DNA from: Bdellovibrionales bacterium | Lineage (GTDB): Bacteria > Bdellovibrionota > Bdellovibrionia > Bdellovibrionales > JAMPXM01 | Reading direction: 5' to 3' | DNA length: 64,000 bases | Assembly: GCA_043739185.1 (NCBI GenBank) | Contig: JAYUEN010000332.1 | Span: 96,001 to 160,000 of the forward strand | Notes under the pieces: generated by a model | The model's input: only the letters and a program-made list of their open reading frames with translations | Database searches by the model: none | Told to the model about the DNA's origin: nothing | Program-made: the position numbers and the translations under genes | In this document: in pieces, positions 10,204-20,412 of the stretch | Numbering within the stretch: the first letter of the stretch is position 1 | Layout: each line of letters begins with the position of its first letter

Positions 10204-11376
10204 CTAAAAGTCTAAGCTCATACGTAGCATATATTTTCTGCTCTCATAGGGATTTGTAGAAGGACCAACTTCTTCACCGAAACTTGCGAGATCGAGCTGA
10301 AAAACCGCAAAGAGACCAGTGAATCCGGCCGTCCAGTAGCCCTGATTAAATCCCGCTCGCCATGCACCCTGAAACCAAGATTTCATTTTCCAACGAAATT
10401 CAGCGCCCAAATGCGAACCCTTTTTCAAGGTAAAGTTGTCATGACCGATGTCTGTTTCATCAAATAAAAAGCGAGATTTAAATACCCACCAACTCGGGAG
10501 CTCCAATGCGGTACCGATATTCAAACGCCGCTGATCACTTGGTGGCGCTGAATTACCAGCTTTGTTGATTAACTTAAAATTTCCGGCGTTAAAATTTCCA
10601 CCGGCGATATTTTGTACCACCATCGATAAACTTGGGCGAACCGCATGCCAAAAACCACTTCCTGGATCATGAAAAGTATAAAGTGCGCCAAGATCTCCAT
10701 CAACCGATAAACCTTCCTGTGCATCACTAGCCGAAAGCAAATTACTATTTTGGGCCAGATCCAGAGCTAAAAACGATTTGTTATAGTAGGCACGATAGGT
10801 ACCCTTGAGCGTCGCACCTAAAGCGAGTTTGTCTGAAGTCTTCATAATCTCTCGAGCATAACTATAGGCCATGGTGGTGTCTTGAGTTGCAACTACGCTT
10901 GCGCTTGGACCTGCAGATTGATGGAGCTCAATCTCCAAACTCAAGTCCACCGGAATTATTGCGAGCCCCCAATTGGGACGAGCGTAAAGTAAGCCTGCAC
11001 TTGGAATTCTCGAAGAGAAATGCTTTCCGTAATTGGAACTTATTAAATTGGCAATTGAAGTGACATCAACCGAACCACCCGCACCACTCGAGTTCGCGGC
11101 TGCATTTTTTAGGTCAGAGGTAAACTTCAAAATATCTTGGTCGGCAGCGGCCGAAATAAACATATTCAAATTGCCTTCATCAAGCCTTGTGAGGCCGGCC
11201 GGATTATAAAAAATAGCAGAATAGTCGTCTGCCAATGCGGTAAAGGCCCCACCCATTCCGAGCGCACGTATGCTCTGATAGCTGTGATGAATCGTATAGT
11301 CAGGAACATCCGCTCTCAATTGGATTGAAAAAAGTCCAGCTGCGAGCATTCCGAATAAGCAAAATCGTAAATTCAT
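10204..11376 (-). CDS. Outer-membrane beta-barrel protein, TraF_2/FadL/PorV-like (paralog 3)
   Basis: RALGMGGAFTALADDYSAIFYNPAGL; RAGFNQGYWTAG...FGEEVG...ESRKYMLRMSLDF with terminal Phe; signal peptide. Confidence 0.7.
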   Translation of the reverse strand: MNLRFCLFGMLAAGLFSIQLRADVPDYTIHHSYQSIRALGMGGAFTALADDYSAIFYNPAGLTRLDEGNLNMFISAAADQDILKFTSDLKNAAANSSGAGGSVDVTSIANLISSNYGKHFSSRIPSAGLLYARPNWGLAIIPVDLSLEIELHQSAGPSASVVATQDTTMAYSYAREIMKTSDKLALGATLKGTYRAYYNKSFLALDLAQNSNLLSASDAQEGLSVDGDLGALYTFHDPGSGFWHAVRPSLSMVVQNIAGGNFNAGNFKLINKAGNSAPPSDQRRLNIGTALELPSWWVFKSRFLFDETDIGHDNFTLKKGSHLGAEFRWKMKSWFQGAWRAGFNQGYWTAGFTGLFAVFQLDLASFGEEVGPSTNPYESRKYMLRMSLDF

Positions 11377-11435
11377 TTTCTACCTTTCGCGACGCAATCA
11401 TTGAGAAAGCGATTTACTCGAGCTATACTTTTTGG

Positions 11436-12089
11436 ATGACAAGACATCTCTCGCGCAAATTTGTTGTTTTTCTATTACTCAGTTTTTTGGTTTCGAATCT
11501 TTTTGTCAAGCGATCGTGGGCAGCGAAAGAAGACCCATCACCTGATTTTAGCGAATCTGAAGATTCAAAGAATAAGCTAGACCAACAAAACAATGTCGAT
11601 CGCCTCGATTCGGTAGATATAGCAAAACCCCCGCCCTTGATCGTGAAACTTCAAGAAAAGGAGTATTTTTACCCCTATTCTCGCACCCTGTCTGCACGCT
11701 TTGGCGGCGTATTAGATTCTCAAAAATTTTCGGATAAGGGATTTTTGCTGCTTGCGGGCGTCATTTATTTGTATCGACATCGTCCGAATGAGTATTACGA
11801 TTTTGGTTTTGATGTGCGAAATGATAACTACGGTACCATTCACGCCGAGCGCAGATGGATTTCAGGGCGAGCCGCGAGTCGCCCTTATGCGAAGGCAGGT
11901 CTGGGCCTCAATTTGATTCCGAGTGATCAACTGGCAACTTTTTTGAAATTTCAAAATTATCAAATTCGGGGAGCCGTCGGTATTGAAAAAATATTTATTT
12001 CACCTATGAGCTTTCGTTATGAAGTTGAGCTCTTACAAGGCGAAGCCACCATTTTAATATTGAGTCTTGGTTATTCGTGGGGCTGGTGA
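11436..12089 (+). CDS. Putative small outer-membrane beta-barrel protein
   Basis: Signal peptide (SWA), amphipathic strands such as RPYAKAGLGL, and terminal LGYSWGW. Start placed at MTRHLS. Confidence 0.55.
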   Translation: MTRHLSRKFVVFLLLSFLVSNLFVKRSWAAKEDPSPDFSESEDSKNKLDQQNNVDRLDSVDIAKPPPLIVKLQEKEYFYPYSRTLSARFGGVLDSQKFSDKGFLLLAGVIYLYRHRPNEYYDFGFDVRNDNYGTIHAERRWISGRAASRPYAKAGLGLNLIPSDQLATFLKFQNYQIRGAVGIEKIFISPMSFRYEVELLQGEATILILSLGYSWGW

Positions 12090-12094
12090 TTCTT

Positions 12095-12685
12095 TTACCT
12101 TAGCGCCACCAACATTTGCTCGACTGCCTTTTCTAATTGACCGAGACCCTCATTATTTTCAATCACAAAGTCAGCGAGCTTCACTTTTTCATCTAGTGGC
12201 ATTTGATTCGCAAGGCGCTGCCTCACTTGAGTTTCATTTGAATGATCGCGCAAAATAGCCCGCTCCAATTGTTTTGCTTCTGAACAATTGACGACGACAA
12301 CCTTATCAAATAGATCTGCCATTTTCTTTTCAAACAAAAGCGGAACATCGTAAAAGGCGAGTGCTTTGCCTTCCCTTTTAAGTTGTTCGCGAGCTTCACT
12401 CGCAAGTTTTCTCACAATGGGATGAATGATCTCTTCAAGTTTGAGTAAACTAGACCTTTGGCTAAAGACTTTGGTCGCTAACTTTTGACGATCCAATTGA
12501 CCCGTTTGAGTTAAGAGGTCCTTTCCAAAACTAGATACAACCAGACGCAAGCCCTCTGTACCTTTGTCCACCGCACTCCGGGCCAGAGTATCCGCACATA
12601 CCACTGAAATGTTTTTCTTTCTTAGAATATTTGCAACACTCGTTTTACCAGAAGCTAGACCTCCGGTCAGTCCAATCCAAAGCAT
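12095..12685 (-). CDS. coaE: Dephospho-CoA kinase
   Basis: IGLTGGLASGKT, LDRQKLA, LEEIIHP, DVPLLFE and ADFVIEN. Confidence 0.95.
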   Translation of the reverse strand: MLWIGLTGGLASGKTSVANILRKKNISVVCADTLARSAVDKGTEGLRLVVSSFGKDLLTQTGQLDRQKLATKVFSQRSSLLKLEEIIHPIVRKLASEAREQLKREGKALAFYDVPLLFEKKMADLFDKVVVVNCSEAKQLERAILRDHSNETQVRQRLANQMPLDEKVKLADFVIENNEGLGQLEKAVEQMLVALR

Positions 12686-12827
12686 GCATACCTCGACCAA
12701 AAAATAGACTCAATTACCACCAGGACCCGACTTCAACATTTTGCCACTTTTCCTTTAGAAGACAACAATTTACTCCGATCAGAATCGTGAAAACTTGCGC
12801 GCAACGGATTCGAAAGATGACTTGCTC

Positions 12828-14855
12828 ATGACATATGAAGTTTACGGAAATTATACACTCTTAGAAAAACTCGCAATGGGCGGGATGGCCGAAGTATTTT
12901 TGGCTAAGAAGTCAGGCGTCACCGGCGTTGAAAAGTTTGTGGCCATTAAGAGAATTCTTCCTCAGCACTCTCAGCAAGAAGAGTTTATCGAAATGTTCAA
13001 GCATGAAGCCTCAATAGCTATTAATTTATCTCACTCAAATATCGTTTCCATTTTCGATTTCGGATTAGAAAAAAAGCAATTTTATATCGTCATGGATTAC
13101 GTTCCTGGCCGAAATCTACGTCAGATACTGAACCATATCCGCAAGGTCGAAGTAACTCTGAGCATGGAGCATGCAATTTTCATCGTTCGCGAAATTGCAG
13201 CTGGTTTAGACTACGCACATCGCGCGATGGACAGCAAAACTGGCAAACCCCTCAACATCATTCATCGCGATATCAGCCCCCAAAATGTGATGATCAGTTT
13301 TGAGGGCGAAGTTCGAATTGTCGACTTCGGTATCGCAAAAGCCGAATCGCAAACCGAAGCGACTCAGGCCGGTACGCTAAAAGGAAAATTTGGCTATATG
13401 AGTCCAGAACAAGTTGAGGGCTTAGCGCTTGACCTCCGCACCGACGTATTCTCTCTAGGAATATTGCTGTGGGAGCTGCTAGCAAATGATCGCTTATTCT
13501 TGGCAAGTAATGAGCAAGCCACAATTCGCAAAATAAAAGAATGTAAAATTCCTCAGTTGCGCAGTTTGAATCCGAGCGTGCCCGCTGAACTTGAGCGCAT
13601 TGTGAACAAAGCTCTAACCAAAGATCGCAATATGCGCTATCAAGCCGCCGCGGCAATGCAAAAAGATTTAACGGTTTTTCTTAATAAATATTTTCCGATG
13701 TTCACCAATCAAGATTTTTCAGGATTCATGAAGAAACAATTCAATTCTGAAATTCTCGAAAATCGCAAAAAGCAAATGGATTACTCTTCTGTAAAATTTG
13801 AAAAGAAAGCAAAAGAATATGTTGAAGTAACTGTGACTAGTTCGCATGTTCCGACGGCCCCAAAACCGCCGCCACCCTCAATTTATGAAGCAACCGTAAC
13901 TGAAAACTCGATCTTAACTGCCAAAAGCTTCACGGGCGATGCGAAGACACCCGAGCCTGAAAAAAAACCAGAAAAGACCGTTACCTTTAAAGAAAATTCA
14001 CGAGTATTCAAACCGCATCCCAATTTAGATAAATCGGCTTCAATGCCAATTCCAAGGCCAAACAAAAAGAAAGAGGACTCTTATAGTACGCCGTCACTCG
14101 AAATTGATCCACTTTCATTTCATCGATCGAGTGCCTCTCGCTACAATATTCACGAAAGAGAAAATAGTTTTACAAAAAAGAAACCGACCGGGCTTCCTCC
14201 CCATCAAATTATTTATGGCGGAATTGGTGTTGCCGTGGTGCTTTTCATTATTTTATTTTATAGCCTTCAGCAAACGGGCATGATCACCAAATATGTTCCG
14301 ACAATAGCGAAATGTATTTCAAACCCTATCAACTGTAATCAGCCAGACCAAGGCAAGCACACCGATACATCCGTACTTCCTCCAAAAGTTAGAATATATA
14401 TCAATAGCAATCCTCCAAACGCCCGCATTTATGTCGAAAACCAACCCGATCAAAAGGGCGTCAAGACCACGCCGGATAATATTGAAATTACCCCAAACAG
14501 ACCTGCAAAGATCACCGTCAAAATGGACGGCTTCAATGACTGGGAAAAAACTGTTTCAGGCGAGTCGTCAGAAACCATTACCGCTGATCTCAGCAAAAAA
14601 CGAAGCGCATATTTGATTGCAAATATCAGAGGCACCGGTGACTTGTACGTGAATCGTAAGAAATTTGATCATTGCAATTTGGTCAGCCCATGCGCTGTAG
14701 ATTCTGATACCGAATTGACGATTGAAGCCTTTGATGCCGGCACTCAAGCTTATGACAAAATCAGCTTAACACTTAGCGATGGCGAGACCAAACAGGTCGT
14801 ATTAATTCCAAAACTAAACAAAGACTCGGTAAACCCCTTGCTACGCGGTAAGTAA
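12828..14855 (+). CDS. Hanks-type Ser/Thr protein kinase with one TM helix and a C-terminal PEGA-like domain
   Basis: GGMAEVF, VAIKR, HRDISPQN, DFG and GYMSPEQ; TM IIYGGIGVAVVLFIILFY; INSNPPNARIYV...TP (PEGA). Confidence 0.9.
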   Translation: MTYEVYGNYTLLEKLAMGGMAEVFLAKKSGVTGVEKFVAIKRILPQHSQQEEFIEMFKHEASIAINLSHSNIVSIFDFGLEKKQFYIVMDYVPGRNLRQILNHIRKVEVTLSMEHAIFIVREIAAGLDYAHRAMDSKTGKPLNIIHRDISPQNVMISFEGEVRIVDFGIAKAESQTEATQAGTLKGKFGYMSPEQVEGLALDLRTDVFSLGILLWELLANDRLFLASNEQATIRKIKECKIPQLRSLNPSVPAELERIVNKALTKDRNMRYQAAAAMQKDLTVFLNKYFPMFTNQDFSGFMKKQFNSEILENRKKQMDYSSVKFEKKAKEYVEVTVTSSHVPTAPKPPPPSIYEATVTENSILTAKSFTGDAKTPEPEKKPEKTVTFKENSRVFKPHPNLDKSASMPIPRPNKKKEDSYSTPSLEIDPLSFHRSSASRYNIHERENSFTKKKPTGLPPHQIIYGGIGVAVVLFIILFYSLQQTGMITKYVPTIAKCISNPINCNQPDQGKHTDTSVLPPKVRIYINSNPPNARIYVENQPDQKGVKTTPDNIEITPNRPAKITVKMDGFNDWEKTVSGESSETITADLSKKRSAYLIANIRGTGDLYVNRKKFDHCNLVSPCAVDSDTELTIEAFDAGTQAYDKISLTLSDGETKQVVLIPKLNKDSVNPLLRGK

Positions 14856-14968
14856 GCTCGCCAATTTAAGCTAAACACGACACCGCTTCTTGTATTTTTG
14901 AATTTGATGAAGTATTTTTGATTACGAAAACGACGAGTGAATAAGAATTGCAAAAAAAGTAAAACACC

Positions 14969-16750
14969 ATGGCACAAGATACAATTTGCAGAAGATTTTT
15001 AGAAGTTTGCAGTCGAGATTCAAGTCGACCAGCAATTGTTTTCCCCCGCAAGGGAAAATGGATAGAGCAAACTTGGAGCAATTATAAAAGTGTTGTCGAA
15101 GAAGTCGGACTCGGACTTCGATCTCTCGGAGTTCAAGCTCATGACCGTGTGGCTATCTTAGCGAATACTCGCCCTGAGTGGGCCTATTGTGATATGGGGA
15201 TTTTATGCCTGGGCGCTGTTACTGTTCCTATATATCACAGCAGTACGACTGAAGATATCGCGCATATTCTCATAAATAGTGAAAGTAAAATAGTCATCTG
15301 TGAAAATCTGCTTCTCTATAAAAAACTAAGCGAAATTCGCGCAAAAACAAAAATTCAAAAAATCATTTGTATTGATTTCGATCCTGAAAAAATGAACGAC
15401 TCTGAAGTTTATAGTTTCGAAAAACTTCAGGAATTTGGCGCAAAAGAAATCAAAGCAAACCCACTGGCCTTTCAAGAAAGTTCTAAAAAAGTAAATTTAG
15501 ATGATATTGCAACAATTGTTTATACTTCGGGTACAACGGGTATTCCGAAAGGTGTGGTTCTCACGCATACTCAAATCATGAGCGAAGTGGGCGATATATT
15601 TCCCTTACTAGGAATTTCTGCAAAAGATCGAACTCTTACATTTTTACCATTTACTCATATTTTAGGTCGGATCGAACTTTGGGGGCACACCATAATAGGT
15701 TATACCATGTGCTACGCTGAAAGCATTGATCGCATTCGCGATAATTTTGCGAAAACAAAACCTACTGTGATGGTTGCGGTACCGCGAATATTTGAAAAAA
15801 TTTATGGTGCCATTCAGTTGCAAGCTGAAACCAGTAAAATCGAAAAGAAACTTTTCAATTGGGCGGTTTCAGTCGGAAGCCAAGTAAGCCGTTGCAAATT
15901 AGAGCGACGTGCCTTGCCCATCGCAGTCGCACTTCAATATCAAATTGCAAAAAAATTGGTCTTTAACAAAATCAATCATGGCCTGGGCGGAAATCTACGC
16001 TTTGTATTTTCCGGTGGCGCCCCTTTGAATCCCAATATTGCCGAATTTTTTCATGCGGTAGGCCTCACCTTGCTTGAAGGCTATGGGCTAACCGAAACAA
16101 CTGCCGCAATTACTGTGAATACTCCATTTGATTATAAATTTGGTACGGTCGGCAAAGCCATTGGTGATGTGAAATTAAAAATTGCTGAAGACGGTGAAAT
16201 TTTAGTCCAGAGTAAAAAAATTATGAAAGAATATTATCTGGACGAAAAAGCGACTCAAGAGGTTTTTGAGGACGGCTGGTTTAAAACCGGTGATATTGGT
16301 GAGTTCACTGCTGATGGATTTCTGCGAATTACTGACCGCAAAAAAGATTTGATCAAAAGCGCAGGCGGCAAATTTATCGCGCCCCAAAAAATTGAAGCCT
16401 TATTAAAACAATCCGATTTCATATCAAATGTTCACATTCATGGTGACCAGCAGAAATATGTTGTGGCACTTTTAACTTTGGATACTCAGGCGACAAAGCA
16501 TTTTGCAGAAGCCCACGATATTTCGTATAAGGATTTTTCAAGCCTGGTGGTCAATCCTAAAATTCGCGAACGCGTTCATGAATTAGTATCTGAGGCCAAT
16601 AGCCATTTAGCAAGCTATGAAACCGTTAAAAATTTTGAAATATTAGATCATGAGTTTTCGATCGAAAATGGCGAACTCACACCTTCTCTCAAAGTGAAAC
16701 GCAAATTTGTAGATGAAAAATATAAAAATCTAATTGAGGCGATGTACTAG
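14969..16750 (+). CDS. fadD: Long-chain fatty acid-CoA ligase (AMP-binding)
   Basis: YTSGTTGIPKGV, EGYGLTET, GWFKTGDIG, ITDRKKDLI and ELTPSLKVKR. Confidence 0.85.
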   Translation: MAQDTICRRFLEVCSRDSSRPAIVFPRKGKWIEQTWSNYKSVVEEVGLGLRSLGVQAHDRVAILANTRPEWAYCDMGILCLGAVTVPIYHSSTTEDIAHILINSESKIVICENLLLYKKLSEIRAKTKIQKIICIDFDPEKMNDSEVYSFEKLQEFGAKEIKANPLAFQESSKKVNLDDIATIVYTSGTTGIPKGVVLTHTQIMSEVGDIFPLLGISAKDRTLTFLPFTHILGRIELWGHTIIGYTMCYAESIDRIRDNFAKTKPTVMVAVPRIFEKIYGAIQLQAETSKIEKKLFNWAVSVGSQVSRCKLERRALPIAVALQYQIAKKLVFNKINHGLGGNLRFVFSGGAPLNPNIAEFFHAVGLTLLEGYGLTETTAAITVNTPFDYKFGTVGKAIGDVKLKIAEDGEILVQSKKIMKEYYLDEKATQEVFEDGWFKTGDIGEFTADGFLRITDRKKDLIKSAGGKFIAPQKIEALLKQSDFISNVHIHGDQQKYVVALLTLDTQATKHFAEAHDISYKDFSSLVVNPKIRERVHELVSEANSHLASYETVKNFEILDHEFSIENGELTPSLKVKRKFVDEKYKNLIEAMY

Positions 16751-17667
16751 CTTTCTTTCTGATCAATTAAAATTTCGCGCAAAACCTCAGGCGAAAGATT
16801 TCCTCCCGAAATAATACATACAATGTTTTTATAATCTTTCGAATTTGCTAAGCGAATTGCAGCCGCCAAGCTGACTGCCGCAGCACCTTCACAAAGTAAT
16901 TTTTGACCAAAAAGGGCTCTGCTGACGGCAAGCTTGGCTTCATGATTCGAAAGGACAAGGCTATCGACCACCAGACTTCGCAATTCTTTGAAGACCTCAG
17001 GCAAAACCTCGGGAGTACCGATGGCATCTACAAAAGAACTTTGTCTTTCAATCCGAGTAGGTCTCCCGGTACGAAGAGCGTAATGAAATGGCGAGGCGGT
17101 TTCTGGTTCACACAAGTATATATCCATTTGAGGTTTGATTTGCTTCATAACCCGTGAAATTCCGAGGCTCAATCCGCCCAAGCCAAATGGAATTATCAAA
17201 GCATCTGCCGCCGGACAATCTGCCAAAATTTCTGTTGCAATATTGCCGTAGCCCTCTAGGATTCCCGGCGTTTGCAAAGGGTGAATAAATAATTCACCGT
17301 CTCTCTGAATCAAGCCATTTTTTACCAAATCCCAAATTTTATCAAAAGGCAGTTCAATCAAATCGGCGCCAAAGGCCTTAATGGCGTTTTTTTTAATTTG
17401 AGGAGCATTTTCTGGAACAAAAACTTTACAGGGAATTTTCAAAATTTGTGCTGCGAAGGCCACTGCTTGAGCCAAATTGCCAGCACTTACTGTACTTAAG
17501 CCATTCACTAAATTCTGAGGTGCACATTTCGAAATTGCCGCCGCAACTCCGCGGATTTTATAAGAGCCAAAACACTGCAAGTTCTCGGCTTTCAAATAGA
17601 CATTGGCAGCAAGTTTCGGCTCCCAAAAGGGAAGGAGAGGGGTTCGAACTATCAATGACTCAATCAT
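16747..17667 (-). CDS. PLP-dependent serine/threonine dehydratase-family enzyme, catalytic domain only
   Basis: LKAENLQCFGSYKIRG (PLP Lys), SAGN, PFGLGGL and ISGGN; no ACT domain. Confidence 0.85.
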   Translation of the reverse strand: MIESLIVRTPLLPFWEPKLAANVYLKAENLQCFGSYKIRGVAAAISKCAPQNLVNGLSTVSAGNLAQAVAFAAQILKIPCKVFVPENAPQIKKNAIKAFGADLIELPFDKIWDLVKNGLIQRDGELFIHPLQTPGILEGYGNIATEILADCPAADALIIPFGLGGLSLGISRVMKQIKPQMDIYLCEPETASPFHYALRTGRPTRIERQSSFVDAIGTPEVLPEVFKELRSLVVDSLVLSNHEAKLAVSRALFGQKLLCEGAAAVSLAAAIRLANSKDYKNIVCIISGGNLSPEVLREILIDQKES

Positions 17668-18647
17668 AGGGCCTGCTCCGAACGAGTGGACATCTTATTA
17701 TTAAGATATTGTCGATAAGCCAAATCAACTGCGAATAGATCTTCTACGGCGAGACCAACAGATTTAAAGATAGTGATTTGATTTTCATTTTCCCGACCCA
17801 TTAGTCGATTTGAAAGCACCGCTCCCAACTCACCCGCGATCAGATGGCCAAGCTTTTGACCATGAAGCGGCCGATAAATCTCGTCAGCTTCTGAAATGCA
17901 AGACTCTTGATGATCTAAAAAAATGCGAATATTGCTTTGAGCTTGAATTTGAATCTCTTGGTAGCCAGGACGACATGCGCCAATCGCATTGACATGGGTT
18001 CCGGGCCTCAAGTCATCTGAAGAAAATAGTGCTTCAGATGAAGCCGAACAGCTGACAACAACATCTGCCTCTTCAAGTGCCGAACGAGGGTCAGTATAGC
18101 TTTCAAAAGAAATATTTCTTTCATGAGCAAAAGAGGCACAAAGGCGCTTTATTTTCTCGATGCTTCTTCCATATACTTTCACTTTTTTAAAGTTTCGAAT
18201 TGGCAAGAGTGCTCGTATATGTTCCTCGGCCTGCACGCCAGAGCCAATTATAGACAAAACTTTTGAATCTGGTCGACTCAAGATTTCGGTTGCTAGTGCA
18301 CTTACAGCCGCAGTTCGCAAAGCAGTTATCGTAGATCCTTCAGCTATGACTTTGATTTCTCCCGTATCAAATTGCAGTAGTACCACCATTCCTTGATGAG
18401 GATTGTGGCCGCTTAAATTATTTTCAGGAAAGACACCAACCGCTTTATAACCCAAAAGCCGTCGTGATTCGTTTACGGCGGGCATTATGCCGAAGGCATT
18501 ACTGGCGTACAAATGAAAGACCTTGCGTACAAAGTTTTTAGTTTCAGCACTTGAAATCGAAATGAGCGCCGCTCTCATTTCATTGCGTAAGTCGTTTAAA
18601 TTTAATAGCTCTCTGATTTCAGCTGAACTTAAAGCCAAGGCTTTCAT
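17664..18647 (-). CDS. Ornithine cyclodeaminase/mu-crystallin family (imine reductase-like)
   Basis: TALRTAAVSALA, IIGSGVQA, HVNAIGA and FKSVGLAVEDL; AGGAG RBS before ATG 18647. Confidence 0.9.
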   Translation of the reverse strand: MKALALSSAEIRELLNLNDLRNEMRAALISISSAETKNFVRKVFHLYASNAFGIMPAVNESRRLLGYKAVGVFPENNLSGHNPHQGMVVLLQFDTGEIKVIAEGSTITALRTAAVSALATEILSRPDSKVLSIIGSGVQAEEHIRALLPIRNFKKVKVYGRSIEKIKRLCASFAHERNISFESYTDPRSALEEADVVVSCSASSEALFSSDDLRPGTHVNAIGACRPGYQEIQIQAQSNIRIFLDHQESCISEADEIYRPLHGQKLGHLIAGELGAVLSNRLMGRENENQITIFKSVGLAVEDLFAVDLAYRQYLNNKMSTRSEQAL

Positions 18648-19554
18648 AATGCTCCTGATTGCGAGGTCCAATAACCACAAAGTCAATTTGGTTTTCATCT
18701 AAAATAAAATGCAGAGCCTCTTGTCCAACGCGAATGTGCTTTTGTTTTGCCCGCAAATTGAAGTTAGAAATTTTCTCAAAGCCTTCCCTATTGAGCATCG
18801 ACTGATAAGCCTCCGCCCTTAAACTAAGTCGACTGCCCTTTGGAAAGCCTTCATGCAAAGTATATTTTCCTGTTAAAAGCCCGCCTGCGAGTGGGCTAAA
18901 ACTTATATAGTGAAAGCCTTTGTGTTTTAAGAGGGGCAACAATGCATGGGTATCTCGGGACTGTAAATAATTGAACTCGTTCTGAACGCCGAAAAAGTAC
19001 TTAAAATTCTCGGGCCTCAATTGCGAGAGAAATTTCTTTACATAAATATCGCTAACATTCGAAAGTCCTATTTTACGAATCTTGCCAGCGCTGATATGTT
19101 TTAATAAAGCACTTACGCTTTCTTCAATGGGAGTCAATGCGTCTGGCTCATGAATATAATAAAGATCGATGAAATCGGTTTGCAGACGATTCAGTGATTT
19201 CTCCACATGAAAATCGATTTCCATCTCACTGAGCGCGCCCTTTTTGAATCGAATGCCGTACGGGTTGCCAACTTTACTGTGTAATTCAACTGAGTCGCGA
19301 AAACCAGGGCCTTGTATTCTAAGCCATTGCCCCAAATAGGTTTCACTTAATCCGCCGCCGTAGGTATTGGCTGTATCAAATTTATTTATGTGAAGCCTCC
19401 GCGCCAGATCAAGGATGTGAAAGCTCTGACTTTGATTGTCGCCGAAGCCACGAAGAGACGGAAGACTTCCCACTCCGCCGAAATTCCCACAACCAAGTAT
19501 AATTTTATTTATAAATGTACTTTTCATTTGATTTTTAGAAGCCACATCAAGCAT
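18619..19554 (-). CDS. Aldo/keto reductase
   Basis: LGCGNFG, FDTANTYGGG, SLNRLQTDFIDLYYIH, IGLSN and SPLAGGLLTGKY. Confidence 0.9.
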   Translation of the reverse strand: MLDVASKNQMKSTFINKIILGCGNFGGVGSLPSLRGFGDNQSQSFHILDLARRLHINKFDTANTYGGGLSETYLGQWLRIQGPGFRDSVELHSKVGNPYGIRFKKGALSEMEIDFHVEKSLNRLQTDFIDLYYIHEPDALTPIEESVSALLKHISAGKIRKIGLSNVSDIYVKKFLSQLRPENFKYFFGVQNEFNYLQSRDTHALLPLLKHKGFHYISFSPLAGGLLTGKYTLHEGFPKGSRLSLRAEAYQSMLNREGFEKISNFNLRAKQKHIRVGQEALHFILDENQIDFVVIGPRNQEHYESLGFKFS

Positions 19555-20338
19555 TAGATTGCTCCTCTAAAAAACCCTGGTTTTGAAGACACGTCATTAC
19601 ACTTTTAGAATATTCAATATGGGACTCTTTGGTGTATTTGGCGCGCGTATACACTTGCGCTAAATTGTTTATATTTTTGTTTTCGATGAGCGCACGCAGC
19701 TCAGGAATCTCAAGGTAGCGCCGCATTCCACGCAATTCTTTTTCGCGATAGATCTCACGTAAAGCTTCTGTTGAATAATCCTGGTAAATTTCCGAATGAA
19801 CTACCGCACCCAAAGAAAGTCGATCGCGCTCAAGTGGGGCTTCTGCTGGATAGCCCAATGAAAACCCAACCACCGGAATCACATTTTGAGGACAGTTCAA
19901 AATTCGTCCAATTTGTTCACAACTCGCCAAAGTTGTTCCCATAAAACATATTCCTAAGCCCTCGGCCTCAGCAGCGAGGGCAGCGTTTTGAGAAACCAGA
20001 ATTGCATCTATGGCTGCAATCATAAAACTCATAAAATTATCGAAATTATCAGGGGCATCCGAAATCTTCAGCCACTTCCTCATGCGATTGAAATCGGCAC
20101 AGAAAGTGAGGAGCACCGGAGCTTCTAAAACCATTTCCTGATTGAAATGTGGTTCATACAATTGTTTTTTAATTTGAGGATCTCGAGTTACAATAATCGA
20201 ATACGCCTGCATATTTCCTGACGACGAGGCTCTTATTGCGGCATTTAGGATTTTATCGATTAGATTTTGAGATACCTCTTTCGAACTGTATTTTCGAATA
20301 GATCGATGCGACATCATTGTATTGTAGAGTTGACTCAT
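19547..20338 (-). CDS. NfsA/NfrA-type nitroreductase (flavin oxidoreductase)
   Basis: HRSIRKY, ASSSGNMQAYS, CADFNR, QNAALAAEAEGLGIC and LGYP. Confidence 0.9.
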   Translation of the reverse strand: MSQLYNTMMSHRSIRKYSSKEVSQNLIDKILNAAIRASSSGNMQAYSIIVTRDPQIKKQLYEPHFNQEMVLEAPVLLTFCADFNRMRKWLKISDAPDNFDNFMSFMIAAIDAILVSQNAALAAEAEGLGICFMGTTLASCEQIGRILNCPQNVIPVVGFSLGYPAEAPLERDRLSLGAVVHSEIYQDYSTEALREIYREKELRGMRRYLEIPELRALIENKNINNLAQVYTRAKYTKESHIEYSKSVMTCLQNQGFLEEQSNA

Positions 20339-20387
20339 AGTTTCTCCCCCACCAAAATTACCACAAAATGATTATTGAGTAAAAGCG

Positions 20388-20402
20388 ACATATAGTTTAT
20401 GT
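20388..20402. promoter_or_regulatory. Short inverted repeat between the divergent LysR gene and the operon (candidate regulator site)
   Basis: ACATA-tagtt-TATGT in the 74-bp divergent intergenic gap. Confidence 0.3.
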
Positions 20403-20412
20403 TATGTGAACA

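Noticed and set aside
5996..11376. Conjugative element suggested by TraF-like barrels
   Set aside because: No relaxase, VirB4/TraC, coupling protein or integrase; the flanks are housekeeping genes.
16747..18647. SbnA/SbnB-type diaminopropionate biosynthesis
   Set aside because: The PLP enzyme has dehydratase-type motifs (SYKIRG, SGGN) rather than cysteine-synthase-type ones, and there are no siderophore or NRPS genes.
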